DNA of 62,833 nt, counting the filler, from Octopus bimaculoides (Eukaryota): assembly GCF_001194135.2 (NCBI RefSeq). It is 5 parts of 5 records of this genome, joined end to end, with 100 filler letters (N's around TTAATTAATTAA, not from the genome) between each part and the next. Parts side by side here need not be neighbours in the genome. Positions count along the whole stretch, not along the records: positions 26,026 to 50,667 come from NC_068982.1; positions 50,768 to 58,462 come from NW_026431340.1; positions 58,563 to 62,833 come from NC_068981.1; 2 more parts are not named here. One strand, 5' to 3'. Position numbers and translations under genes: made by a program. Below, piece after piece: positions 50,040 through 62,500 of the stretch (position 1 is the stretch's first letter; every line of letters starts with the position of its first letter). The notes beneath the pieces are model-generated. The model had not been told where the DNA came from. It worked only from the letters and a program-made list of their open reading frames with translations, and made no database searches.

Positions 50040-50245
50040 TATTCTTTTACTTGTTTCAATCATTTGACTGCAGCCATGCAGGAGCACCACCTTTAGTCAA
50101 ATAAATCGACCCCAGGACTTATTCTTTGTAAGCCTAGTACTTATTCTATTGATCTTGTTTTGTAGAACTGCTAAGTGATGGGGATGTAAACACGCCAACA
50201 TCAGTTGTCAAGTGATGGTGGGGGGACAAGCACAGACACAAACAA
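50040..50245 (-). mobile_element. SINE type A tail
   Basis: ttacttgtttcaatcatttgactgcagccatgcaggagcaccacctttagtc..gaccccaggacttattctttgtaagcctagtac. Confidence 0.85.
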
Positions 50246-50255
50246 CAGACACATG

Positions 50256-50667
50256 TGTAGTGGTGCGTGTGGACGCCATTGGCTGCCATCTTGGGAAGTG
50301 CCATTGCACATGTGCAAGGGACTTGCCGTCAGCGGAAGTACCCAGGCATGCATGCGCAATGCAACAGGTGGAGAGAGAGCAATAGCGTTCGATCTCTTCT
50401 CTATCTAGCAGCGGTGGTGACAACATGTATCTCCCAGTGCTCTCTCAGCTCGATACCGACATGTGGTCGAAGCTTCCTTGGTATTCTAGCGGCATGCCTG
50501 TTCACCCAGGAACGAAATGGCTCTACACCAACCTAGAATAAATTATTGATCTGTTGTTACCGTTATCCCTCGTGTTGTTGTATTTCTGGATTTAATGATT
50601 AATATAAGAACTGGGGAGAGATGGCCGAGCCATCATATCTCATCCAATTCTTATAACTGGTGACCCC
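50256..50667 (+). mobile_element. LTR (about 50256-50657) followed by tRNA-Trp-type primer-binding site, cut by scaffold end
   Basis: Starts TGTAGTGG, contains AATAAA near 50537, ends ttataac immediately before TGGTGACCCC (50658-50667), the complement of the tRNA-Trp 3' end used by many Gypsy elements. Confidence 0.7.
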
Positions 50668-50767
50668 NNNNNNNNNNNNNNNNNNNNNNNNNNNNNNNNN
50701 NNNNNNNNNNNTTAATTAATTAANNNNNNNNNNNNNNNNNNNNNNNNNNNNNNNNNNNNNNNNNNNN
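50668..50767. other. Artificial scaffold-join spacer
   Basis: N44-TTAATTAATTAA-N44. Confidence 0.95.
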
Positions 50768-50825
<58 letters not shown>

Positions 50826-50978
50826 ATATATATACAGCTGGTATATATAACAGCTGGGATTTACCCTATCTCCACAATATATCTATATACCCACACACAT
50901 GCTATACATGAGGTGTATAAAAGCATATTTGCGTGTATATACATCTATGTGCGTGTGAATGCTTAGGTTAGCGGTTGT

Positions 50979-51021
<43 letters not shown>

Positions 51022-52143
51022 AGACAGATAGGTATATAATTACATAAGAACGAGCAGTTATAGCACAAGGAAGACAGACTGTTAAAGGAAGGGTGTCGAT
51101 TTTTCATTCAATTTTAATTATTTGTTGTATATAAGAAAATCTTCGGAGAAGAACAAGAGATAAAAAGAATATAAAATGTTCTAATAATGTACAACAAATA
51201 AATGTGCATATGAAAAACAGTGCATTTAATATATGACTATGTATACATAAGTGTATATGAACACAGTCTATATATGTTTTATATATATATATATATATAT
51301 ACATACACAAAAGAAATTTCGCAAATATGTGTGTATACACATGTACAATAAAGGCACGTATGCGTATGTGTGATAGAGAGATAAACAGAAAGACAAAGGA
51401 GGAATGAGAGAGAGAGATAGAAATAGTAAAACGTGTGTTTGTAAAGCAACAGTTTGCGAGTGTATAATAAGAAAAAAACATTCCGCGCATAAGTATGTAT
51501 ATTTTAAGCGACAAAGGATTGTGCATATATATTTATATATAGATCTGTATATAACATCTTCAACAAAGACTGACAATAAGGGAAATAGAGACTTCTTGAG
51601 TAACTAGAAGAAAGTAGCAAAATAACTATGTATGTATGTATATATACACATGCATGTATAAATCAGTGTTATTGTACTGACTTGTTTGTTTGTGTGTGTG
51701 TGTAAAATACGGTCTTTTTTGTTACAAATGTTTATGTGAAAGATGTATAAAAGAAAATAGCAGTAAGTATATATATATTATATTATATGCACATGAAATT
51801 CGTTGTGTAGGTAAATGAGTGTAAATAAAATCATAGCAGTCTTATATTGCGTGTCTGTATAGCGGTTTGTGTACAGTAGCGACCGTGTATGTATGAATAT
51901 GTATGTATGTATAGTAGTGTACGTATGGTAGTGTAAATATATATATATATATATATATATATAATAGTGTCTCTGTGTAGTAAATGTATATGTAGTGAGC
52001 GGTTTGTGTATAGCAACGTTCATGTATATAGCGGTTTGCGTAGAGTAGCGTGTATAATTAGTTGTGTATGTATGTGTAGAGGTTTGTGTATATAGTGGAG
52101 TGTAAAATCTATGCATATAGGTACATACACACTAATATGCATG

Positions 52144-52183
<40 letters not shown>

Positions 52184-52449
52184 GAGCGGTCTATGTAGAG
52201 CAGTGTGTATGTATATATCTATAAAAATGCATGCAGAAATATATATATATATATATATATACAGTAGTGCGTGTGTATATATATATATATAATGTTGTGT
52301 GTGTGTAGTGCGTGTTTAAATCTATGGAGCTATGGTTACATTTCTGTAGTTTGGTGGACGACTGGCAGCTACTTACCTAACGCTGTGTTTACTCCGTCCT
52401 TGTCAAGACGAGACTGGGCTGTTGTAGTGTGGTGGAATGAAGTTGGGGG

Positions 52450-55107
52450 GGGGGCGTAGCGGTGATAGTAATAGTGTCTTACTGTTGACTATGGTGGTAG
52501 TGGTGGTGGTGGTACGTGTGTGACTGACAACTGGTGGTGGTGCTGATGGTGGTTTTATGATGGCGGTGCTGGTGGTGGTATCTTACTGTTGACGGTGGTG
52601 GTGGTAGCTGTAGTGGCGGCGGCGGCGTTAGTTGGTGGAGGTGGTAATGTCGTGATAGCGGTGATGGTGATGATGTCTTATTATAGATGATGGTGGTGGT
52701 GATGGTTGTGATGCGGTTGTTGTTGTTGTTGATGATGGTGATGGCGTCTCAATGTTGACGATGGCGATGGTAGTGGTAGAGATGGTGGTGGTAATGTGAT
52801 GTTCTGTTGATGGTGGCGGTGGTGGGTATGTACACTAAGGAAGATGGTGGTGGAATTGTAGTGATGATGGTGACGGTGGTGATACTGCCTTAGCATTGAC
52901 TGTAGTGATGGTGGTGACGGTGGCGGCGATGTTGTGACTGATGAGTGTATCGAATAGCAGCGGTGGTGGCGCTGTTGGGTTGCGCGCTGTTACTGAAGAT
53001 TGCGGCGGTGGTAGTAATCATGGCAGTGGTATATGTGTACGATACTGACGACGACAATGGTGGTGGTGGTGGTGGTGGTGCTGTAGAGGTGTTGATGGTA
53101 GCGGCGGGGTTACTGATGACTCTTATGGCATAACAATGTTGGTGGCGGTGATGCTGTATGTGCAATAATGAAGATCGTGATGGTGGTGGCGGAGGTTGTG
53201 ATGGTGGCAGTGTTACGACTGTATCCAGTCTGTGTGTGTGTGTGTGTGTGTCTGTGTGTGTGCGTATGTGTTGATGGGATGCAGTGGTGGTGGTGGTGTG
53301 AGTGTGTAGATGTGTGTGTGTGTGTGTGANNNNNNNNNNNNNNNNNNNNNNNNNNNNNNNNNNNNNNNNNNNNNNNNNNNNNNNNNNNNNNNNNNNNNNN
53401 NNNNNNNNNNNNNNNNNNNNNNNNNNNNNNNNNNNNNNNNNNNNNNNNNNNNNNNNNNNNNNNNNNNNNNNNNNNNNNNNNNNNNNNNNNNNNNNNNNNN
53501 NNNNNNNNNNNNNNNNNNNNNNNNNNNNNNNNNNNNNNNNNNNNNNNNNNNNNNNNNNNNNNNNNNGTGTAGATATGTGTGCGTGTGTGTGTGTCACAAC
53601 TGTGGAGATGGTAGTGGTGGTGGTACTGACGACTGTAAGAAGTGGTGACGCTGTTTGCAGTATATGTGTGTGTGTGTGTGCGTGCGTGTGTGTGTGTGTG
53701 CGTGCGTGCGTGCGTGTGTGTCTGTGAGTTTGTACATGTGTATGGCTTAGTGACTGTGTGTGTATATGTGTGTTTCAGTTTGTATGTATATGCTGTTCCT
53801 GTGTCTCTGTGTGTGAGTGTGAGTTTGTATGTTTGTGTGTCACAGTGTTTGTGTGTCACAGTGTCTGTGTTTGTGTGTATATGTGAGCGTGTGTGTGTAT
53901 GTGTGTGTGTGTATATGTGTGTGCATGAGGGTGTATGATAAGGTGGCACGGTGGGGGTGTATATGCGTGTTTACCGCTGTCTGTGGTGGTGGCGGTCGTG
54001 GTGTGCCTGCGTGTTACTGTCATCTGTGTTTAGTGATGGTTATGGCGTCGTCGTATCATGTGGTATACTGCTGGTAGAGAGATGGTGGCGAAGACGGCTG
54101 TGTGTAACTGACAGCTATGTTGTAGTGATGATGATGGTGGTGGTGGTCGCGACGGTAGCGGTTGTGTGTCGTGTGGTGTAGTGGTGGAGGCGGTGTGTTA
54201 CTGACAACTATGTAGTGGTGGTGGTGGTGGTGGTGGTGGTAGCGGTGGCTTTGGTAGTGATGGTGGTGATGGTAGTGTTGTGGTAGTGGTAGTGGTGGTG
54301 GCGGTGGTGTTGGTTGCGGTAGTGGTTGTGGCGGTATGTTACTGTTGACTGCGTATGATGGTGGAAAGCGGCGGTAGTAGCGGTGTTGGTAACNNNNNNN
54401 NNNGTAGTGTTGTGGTAGTGGTAGTGGTGGTGGCGGTGGTGTTGGTTGCGGTAGTGGTTGTGGCGGTATGTTACTGTTGACTGCGTATGATGGTGGAAAG
54501 CGGCGGTAGTAGCGGTGTTGGTAACAACGGCGGTGGTTGTGGTGGTGGCGGTGATGTGTTACTATTATCTGTATGTAGTAGTAGTGGTGGTAATGTTAGT
54601 AATACAGATGGTGGTGGCGGCTGTGTCACACTTGACGTGTGATGTGGTGGGATGTAGTTACAGATGTTGTTACTGTCCACTGAGCGTAGTGATGGCGGTG
54701 GTGGTGCGTATGTGTTACTATGGAGTGTGTATGGTGGAAAAGTATGTGTGTGTGTGTGTGTTTGTGCGGTTCCTGGTGTGTGTTCGTTACTATGCTATGT
54801 GTGTGTGTGTGTGCTTCCTGGGCTGCATGCTGTGTGTGTGCGTGTATGTGTGGTTCCTGGTGTGTGTTTGTTACTGTGCTGTGCTGTGTGTGTGTATGTA
54901 TCTCAGCGTACTTTTGTGACTCGACGTGTGACGTATTCTCTAAATGTGTGTTTACAGTAGTGCGTTTGTCTATGTGTGTTTACTGGAATAATAATATGTG
55001 TGTGTGTGTTTGTGTTGTGGTGTAATATGCTGCGCATGCCGTTGTTGTGTGTGCGTGTATGGTTACTGATGTGTATATGCGTTATTGTGCTGCGTGTGTG
55101 TGTGTGC

Positions 55108-55141
<34 letters not shown>

Positions 55142-55500
55142 GTGGAGTAGTTTGTGCGGTAATGTAGTGTCTGCTTTGTGTGTATTACTATGGTGTATGT
55201 GTGTGTCTGTCTGTCTGTGTATGTGCGTGAGAAAGTTTGTGCTGTGTGAGTGTATATGTGCGTGAAAAGGTGTGCTGTTGTATGTATGTGAGAAGGTGTG
55301 GTAATGTATTACGTGTGTGTACGTGAGATGATATGGTGCTGCGTGCATCTGTGAGTGTGTGTGAGTGTGTTAGTGTGAAATGTATTGTTTATGTGACAGT
55401 AAGATGTTACATATTGTGTTATGTGGTAAGATGTGTTACAGCATGTGTTTTACTATAGTTGTATTCTTGTGCGTGTGACATTGTCACGTTACAGTGTACC
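52450..55500. repeat. GT-rich low-complexity field ((GGT)n, (GT)n)
   Basis: Directly visible. Confidence 0.9.
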
Positions 55501-55589
55501 ATGTGGTGTGGGGTGGTGGAGTATGACTTCTTATGTGGTGTGACGCGTAGTTTAGGGGAATGTATGTGCCATAGTGCTATAGACTGACG

Positions 55590-55918
55590 TGTGAAGGCGC
55601 CTGGCTTAGTGGTTCGGGTATTCGGTTCACGATCCTCAGGGTCGTGAGTTCGATTGCTGGCGGCGCGTTGTGTCTTTGACCAAGACACTCTATTTCACGT
55701 TACTCCAGTTCACTCTGCTCACAAAAATCTGTAGTAGCTGTATTTCAAAGGGACCAGCCTTGTCACATTCTGTGTCACTCTAAATCTATTTGAGAGCTAA
55801 GTTAAGAGTACACGTATCTGTGGAGTGCTCGGTCACCTGAAAGTTAATTTCACGAGCAAGTTGTTCCGATGGTCGGAACGGCTGTAACCCTCCTCGTCGT
55901 AACCGACGGATCGCCACT
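55590..55918 (+). mobile_element. tRNA-derived CORE-like SINE
   Basis: tggcttagtgg (A box), gagttcgatt (B box), gcgttgtgtctttgaccaagacac (CORE-like); 3' half shared with 16765-17148. Confidence 0.85.
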
Positions 55919-56058
55919 AGAGGGTGAAGTGTAGTGTGGTGGATGAAGTGTCGTGTTTTGTGGATATTTAGTTTTATAGTATTTTGTGTGGGTGTACAGT
56001 ACTACGCATGTGTGTGTTTGACAGCTTATATAGGAATATACGATAAGGCTAAGAGCTG

Positions 56059-56270
56059 GCGGAATCGTTACTACGCCGAGCAGAAAGTTTAGCGGTATTT
56101 CGTCCGTCTTCACGTTCTGAGTTCAAATTCCACCGAGATCGACATTTCCTTTTTTATCCTTTCGAAGTTGATAAAATAAGTACCAGTTGAGCACTGGAGG
56201 TCGATGTAATCGACTTAACCCCGCCCCAAAATTGCTGGCCTTGTGCCAAAATTTAAAGCCTATTTATTCT
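56059..56270 (+). mobile_element. tRNA-derived SINE (type B), full length
   Basis: gctggcggaatcgtta..gagttcaaattcc..gataaaataagtaccagttgagcactgg..gctggccttgtgccaaaattt. Confidence 0.88.
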
Positions 56271-57764
56271 TTTATACGCTTCAGCCCTAAGGCTGCGACA
56301 ATGTTAGAGTACCGCCAGTGAAAATTAACACATTCCCAAGCCACAAATATATTAGATTTCACAGTGGAGTGACACATACAAACACTGTTGTAACATTGTG
56401 CAGTGTTGTATGTGTGTGAATGAGTTTATGTGTGTATGACTGCTGCTGTGTGAGCATATGTAATTTGTTACTGAGGTGTGTGTGTATCACAGCAGAATGG
56501 CATACAAACAGTTGTTGCGTTGTGCCGTATTGTGTGTTTGTTTGTCTGTTACTGAAATGTGTGTGACTGCTGGCGTGATGCGCAATGTATGTGTGTGTGT
56601 TTGTGTCTGTATGTGCATGTGTGTACGTACGTATCTCTTACTGAGATTTGTGTGACTGCTGTTATGATATGCTGTGTGTGTGTGTGTACGTGTGTCTGTA
56701 TGACAACGTGTATAAGTCATTGTAGAGTGACATATGGCTTATGCAGCTGTGACATGTGTGATATGTTGTGTTTCTGTGTTTGTCTCTTACTTATGATGTG
56801 ATGCATGTGTGTGCGTATGTGNNNNNNNNNNNNNNNNNNNNNNNNNNNNNNNNNNNNNNNNNNNNNNNNNNNNNNNNNNNNNNNNNNNNNNNNNNNNNNN
56901 NNNNNNNNNNNNNNNNNNNNNNNNNNNNNNNNNNNNNNNNNNNNNNNNNNNNNNNNNNNNNNNNNNNNNNNNNNNNNNNNNNNNNNNNNNNNNNNNNNNN
57001 NNNNNNNNNNNNNNNNNNNNNNNNNNNNNNNNNNNNNNNNNNNNNNNNNNNNNNNNNNNNNNNNNNNNNNNNNNNNNNNNNNNNNNNNNNNNNNNNNNNN
57101 NNNNNNNNNNNNNNNNNNNNNNNNNNNNNNNNNNNNNNNNNNNNNNNNNNNNNNNNNNNNNNNNNNNNNNNNNNNNNNNNNNNNNNNNNNNNNNNNNNNN
57201 NNNNNNNNNNNNNNNNNNNNNNNNNNNNNNNNNNNNNNNNNNNNNNNNNNNNNNNNNNNNNNNNNNNNNNNNNNNNNNNNNNNNNNNNNNNNNNNNNNNN
57301 NNNNNNNNNNNNNNNNNNNNNNNNNNNNNNNNNNNNNNNNNNNNNNNNNNNNNNNNNNNNNNNNNNNNNNNNNNNNNNNNNNNNNNNNNNNNNNNNNNNN
57401 NNNNNNNNNNNNNNNNNNNNNNNNNNNNNNNNNNNNNNNNNNNNNNNNNNNNNNNNNNNNNNNNNNNNNNNNNNNNNNNNNNNNNNNNNNNNNNNNNNNN
57501 NNNNNNNNNNNNNNNNNNNNNNNNNNNNNNNNNNNNNNNNNNNNNNNNNNNNNNNNNNNNNNNNNNNNNNNNNNNNNNNNNNNNNNNNNNNNNNNNNNNN
57601 NNNNNNNNNNNNNNNNNNNNNNNNNNNNNNNNNNNNNNNNNNNNNNNNNNNNNNNNNNNNNNNNNNNNNNNNNNNNNNNNNNNNNNNNNNNNNNNNNNNN
57701 NNNNNNNNNNNNNNNNNNNNNNNNNNNNNNNNNNNNNNNNNNNNNNNNATATATATATATATAT

Positions 57765-57975
57765 ATAACGGAGTCTAGACAGCTTTCTTCAAAGAATACC
57801 AGACAAGCCATCCATACCTGGATACAACTCACTCAATAAGAACTCACTACTTGAATGGACCACAGACAAAACTTGACTGTAAAAAGGTTTTAGATAATCC
57901 TATCAGGTGGTGCTATTAAGTTAGACATGGCCTGGACCAATCTTTGGTCGAAACATATCTAAGTTTTATCTAAGT
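57765..57975 (+). mobile_element. CR1-clade LINE 3' end
   Basis: SLDSFLQRIPDKPSIPGYNSLNKNSLLEW, comparable to the CR1 terminus at about 34180-34275; short tandem tail tctaagttttatctaagttt. Confidence 0.75.
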
Positions 57976-58011
57976 TTATATATATGTATATATTTATATA
58001 TATATATGTTG

Positions 58012-58331
58012 TTTTCAGAATGAGATAAAAAAAAATAAGGCTGTGAAGATTTTAGAACATTTATAAATAGAAGGTCTTACAGCTGTTTCCAGGATATTTA
58101 TTATATCCCTTCGTCGGTGACGGTGTGAGATAATGGTTAAGCAATAGTTAGTTTAGATAAGATACGAAATAGAGAGTGAAGTGAAAATAGATGTGAGATA
58201 TGCATAACCATCTTCTCACACCGTCTCCGATGAAGGGATATAATAAATATCCTGAAAACAGCTGTGACACCTTCTATTTATAAATGTTTTAAAATCTTCA
58301 CAGCCTTGATTTTTTTATCTCATTCTGAAAA
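58012..58331. repeat. Inverted repeat (arms 58012-58139 and 58205-58331), each arm carrying a hammerhead-like motif (family H5)
   Basis: Arms are near reverse complements. Motif: GTC(T/A)-CCGAYGA-AG-GGATAT(aataa)ATATCC-T-(G/-)GAAA(A/-)CAGCTGT(A/G)-A(G/C)AC at 58074-58121 (-) and 58223-58270 (+). Confidence 0.88.
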
Positions 58332-58462
58332 AAAATTTTTTATACACACACACGCTGATATATGACTTACGTTGGACTCCTTATCCGCATAATCACCCAA
58401 CCTGGAGCTTAACTATGGCCTATCCATAGCACTTACTCAGCATATACATATATATATATATA

Positions 58463-58562
58463 NNNNNNNNNNNNNNNNNNNNNNNNNNNNNNNNNNNNNN
58501 NNNNNNTTAATTAATTAANNNNNNNNNNNNNNNNNNNNNNNNNNNNNNNNNNNNNNNNNNNN
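58463..58562. other. Artificial scaffold-join spacer
   Basis: N44-TTAATTAATTAA-N44. Confidence 0.95.
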
Positions 58563-60159
58563 ATATATATATTAGTTTATGTGTATATTAACATTATCTC
58601 AGTTTTAAAAAAAATTGACAATGTAAATATTTTAATAATTTCCATAGGTAGCAAAACTTACACAAAAAACAGGATATCACACCAGTTATATAGGTAGAGA
58701 TATCAAGTTAAAGTTATGCATTTTGAGTATTTATAAATAATAACAATAAATGGAGCAAAACGCACACAAACAAAAGCTGCCCTAATTCCTACATATGTCT
58801 CAAAACATATGTGTATCCACTCCAAAGAAGCAAGAGATGCTGGAACTCCACATATATTCATCGGCAGGGAACCAACATATAGTAGCAATACAAATGTGAA
58901 TTGATGAGGTAACTTACGAGTTATAATATTACATGGCCAAGTAAGTGACCGTCAGAAGCAAGAACGCTTGCTTACATTGAGCCACAAAGAGAGGGGGCTG
59001 TAAATGCTATACGAAAGGTTTAAATTAAATGACCAAAATGGGGGGAGGAGAGCAAAGCAGATCACAGCAAAGTAAGCTAAAATCGTAAGCTAAATGCTAA
59101 TTCAAAAGTGGAGGAAGGGAGAGAATCAAGAGAGTTCATCAAACATAAAAAAAGATTTTCATTAAGGAAAAAAACCAACAACATACTAACATAAAACGAA
59201 GAAAGTAAATATGAAAAAAAATAAAGCATCGTAACCTAGTAACATACTATATTACTACACGAATATTAACGCAAGTTAATGGTAAAACAAGGTACAGGAT
59301 ATTTAGTTGAGAAACAGCAATAATAATAATGTACACGCCCACAAGGAAAGGATCGGAAACATCCAGTTGAAGCCACCAATGGTACGAAAAAGAACCAGTG
59401 TGGCATCACTAGGAAGAATTTACTTAACTAATTATAGAAGGGGAAAATAAAGAACATGTGGTGATTGAAGCAGAAATAGATATTGTTTAAGATTATATTA
59501 AAGATATTAAGATTAATAACATACTGATTTGAAGCGAAGAATGCAAACATGATAAATGAAACATCATTACCCTCTAATACACCAATATTACACTGCGGTG
59601 TTATCTTCAAATTTTACTTTGGATTATTTCTGAAATGTATCTGACTGTGGTTATGCATGAATGTATGCGCATGTATAGTCTTGTATGTATATGAGTGTCT
59701 GCGTGATTGGCGGATACTGTGTGTGTATATATTTAAGAAAATTACTGTTGTTTAAATCATTGGATTTTGGCTTCTACTGGATATACAAATTTGTTGATCA
59801 TACTGGAGTAATGCTTTTGTACTCGTGTTTCCAGTGTCGTAAATGAAAACAAGAAATTCATATGTGAATGATGTAAAACAACTGTATTCAATGAATTGAT
59901 CGTTATGTATATTAAATATTTTAAGAATGATAATATGAATTAGTCGGAATGGAAATGGAGATTCCTATGTTAAGTACGTGTTAACATCCACGTTTAAAAC
60001 GGATATCGTCACTTACTTATATATTCTTTACCATATTTCTAATTTATACCCCTTGGCAATTCTCTGTTGTTAGCTGTCTGGCACCAGGCCAATTTCAAGC
60101 CGAAATGTATTCAATTTGGATTCCGAAATGTATTCTTCATTAAGAAGTAACTCTTCTCT

Positions 60160-60330
60160 AGTCGATTACATAGACCCCTTTGCTCAACCGGTGTTTATTT
60201 CATTAACTCCAAAATAATGAAAGGCAAAGTCTTCATCAATGACATTTGACATCAGATTGGAACTCCTGCAGAAAAGCCGCGGAGCATTTTGTCCTGTACG
60301 GTAACAACTCTGCCGATTCGGCGCCTTCAC
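60160..60330 (-). mobile_element. Old type B SINE
   Basis: gtcgattacatagacccc..atgaaaggcaaagtc..actctgccgattcggcgcc match type B in reverse. Confidence 0.6.
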
Positions 60331-62229
60331 TAAAGAGAAAATAATAAAGCTGAAATTTATCCAGCATTGTTATTATTTTTTGTTGTGTGAAATAATTAAA
60401 ATAATACGTGTAAACACGTATTATTGGTTTTTATAACTCATTTTATATTTTATCTAGCTCTATTTTTAATGTTCCTTATATACTGAACATGTTAGCAACA
60501 GACATTTGTATAGTCATTAATGACACGCTTTGAGATGAATATATTAATAGTCATGCGCGCGCATATAGACCTATGTATGTATGTATGTATGTATCTATCT
60601 ATCTATCTATCTATCTATTTATTTTCATTATAACAGCAGGACGTGATTTTCAGTCTTATGTCTCTTACAATTATTTGACAAATCAATAAATGTTAGGTCG
60701 CGTAGAGCTAAGGTGCTTTTATATATTAACATTAGCTGAAAGTCAGCATTCCTTTCGCTTATTCTTTCGGGTAAAACGTATCAAGAACTATGTTATCTAT
60801 TATGTCATTTCTTTTTCGAAGAAGCTAAATATAACACGTAATACTACTGCTATCTTTATCAACTAGGTTAGTTACCTAGAGACTTCCTTTATTTTTTTTT
60901 CTCTCCTATAGTCTTACAAAAAAACTCTACAAAACATCCAGTCAGCTGGACTATTGGTAAGATCAAGGTGACTCAATGTTACTAGAAATGATAATACTAT
61001 AAACACATCCGTCAGAATATGTTTGGAGCGGTTGATTGTCTTGAGTTAGAGTGATGTCTAAATATTTGCAGCAAAAGTACAAATTACATGCAAATTTGAG
61101 AAGGAACTATTTTATTGCTATTGGGATTAAATTTGAGGATACGCTAGTCTCAGTTTTCTTGGGAATGTATTTGTTTTTCTAAGCCAATGAATGTGATTAA
61201 CATGCGTAAATCATGTACTAACAATAGTATGTTGGCGTGAGAATTCTTGATGATTGCCTTCATGTCAGTTTATTAATGTTAGTAGCATCAGCCTGAAAAT
61301 GAATATGTTGTTTTTTTCTTTTCCATAGTTATTAATAGTAGCTTTCTTCTAAAGTTGTTTTTGTTATGTAGCCCCATATTAGTTCTGATCGAACAGCAAT
61401 AATTCATAATGTCTGCTATATTGTTGCCAGTACTGCTGTTGCTGCAGTTAATGTCCGTTTGAAATGTTCAATGAGACTGCTATCTTTTCGAGATTAACAG
61501 ACATTCGAATATATCCAGGTATTTACACATGACTGCTTAGAGCTACTGGTGTTTCTAAAATTTGGTTATCGAGCTGACTTCCTAACCTGTCAATAACAAA
61601 AAAAAACCCAAAAAACTAAAGAAAATATGTGAATTTACCAGTTATTTAGTTGTTGATGTCAATGTCTGTTTTGGCGCCATGCTGATAAGGATATTAATGC
61701 TAGCTTCAGCCCAATTAAGTATGGTATAAGATGGAAATGCGCAGCTAGCTATATTTCAGAGATAAAGATTGATCGTGTTGAAAATGTTAGTTAACTCTGT
61801 TTGCAGATATTTTATTTTCTGTGAGCGAAATATATTTTACTTCGAACCATATACATTATGAACACGGGCAGTCACCGATTTATTGCTAATGACACATTTG
61901 TGTATTTACTGATAGGTGCAAAACGAGTAATGACTTTATGTTTACAACAAATAGACTTGTGCTTTCAAAAGGAGCAAGTATCTCTGTCTATCTACTTATC
62001 TGTCTGTCTGCCAATAACGTCCATTTTTCTATCTATATATACGTCTATCTACCTCTGCGTGTGCGAAGGAGAATATACTTAACGTAACTTGCGTTTGAAT
62101 CACGAAACGTACAGCATTCGTAATCTAATCAGTACTTCATTAATTTTGATATAGGACGAAGTTTATACGATATATTCATTAATTAATTGTATTGATCGAT
62201 TATTTATTTCTTCATCTATTCTACACAAG

Positions 62230-62500
62230 CTTCGAAAATACAATCAAAACCTTGCTGAAGTATATTCTGTTCAAATCACAACCTCTAAGAATGCAAGCAT
62301 AGGCTCAACCCTGCCTGGCGTAGCTGCACTGACAAAAGTGCCACCGCCTACGAACAAAATAGGATTGCAGTCGTACAAAGAAGACGTGAGCTGTGCAAGT
62401 CAAGAGCCAAGTCATTGCCTTCATCCCCAGTAGTCCTATGGCAGCTCTCCTGCTCGCATTGGCTTGATAGCAAAGCCGGACGCAGATTTCTTTCCTACGA
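62230..62500 (+). mobile_element. RTE-clade LINE 3' coding end
   Basis: NTIKTLLK..; AWRSCTDKSATAYEQNRIAVVQRRRELCKSRA; ARIGLI in a shifted frame, typical of RTE C-termini. Confidence 0.75.

Noticed and set aside
52937-52960. CTGATGAG..CGAAT
   Set aside because: No stem II or GAAA; chance match in low-complexity DNA.
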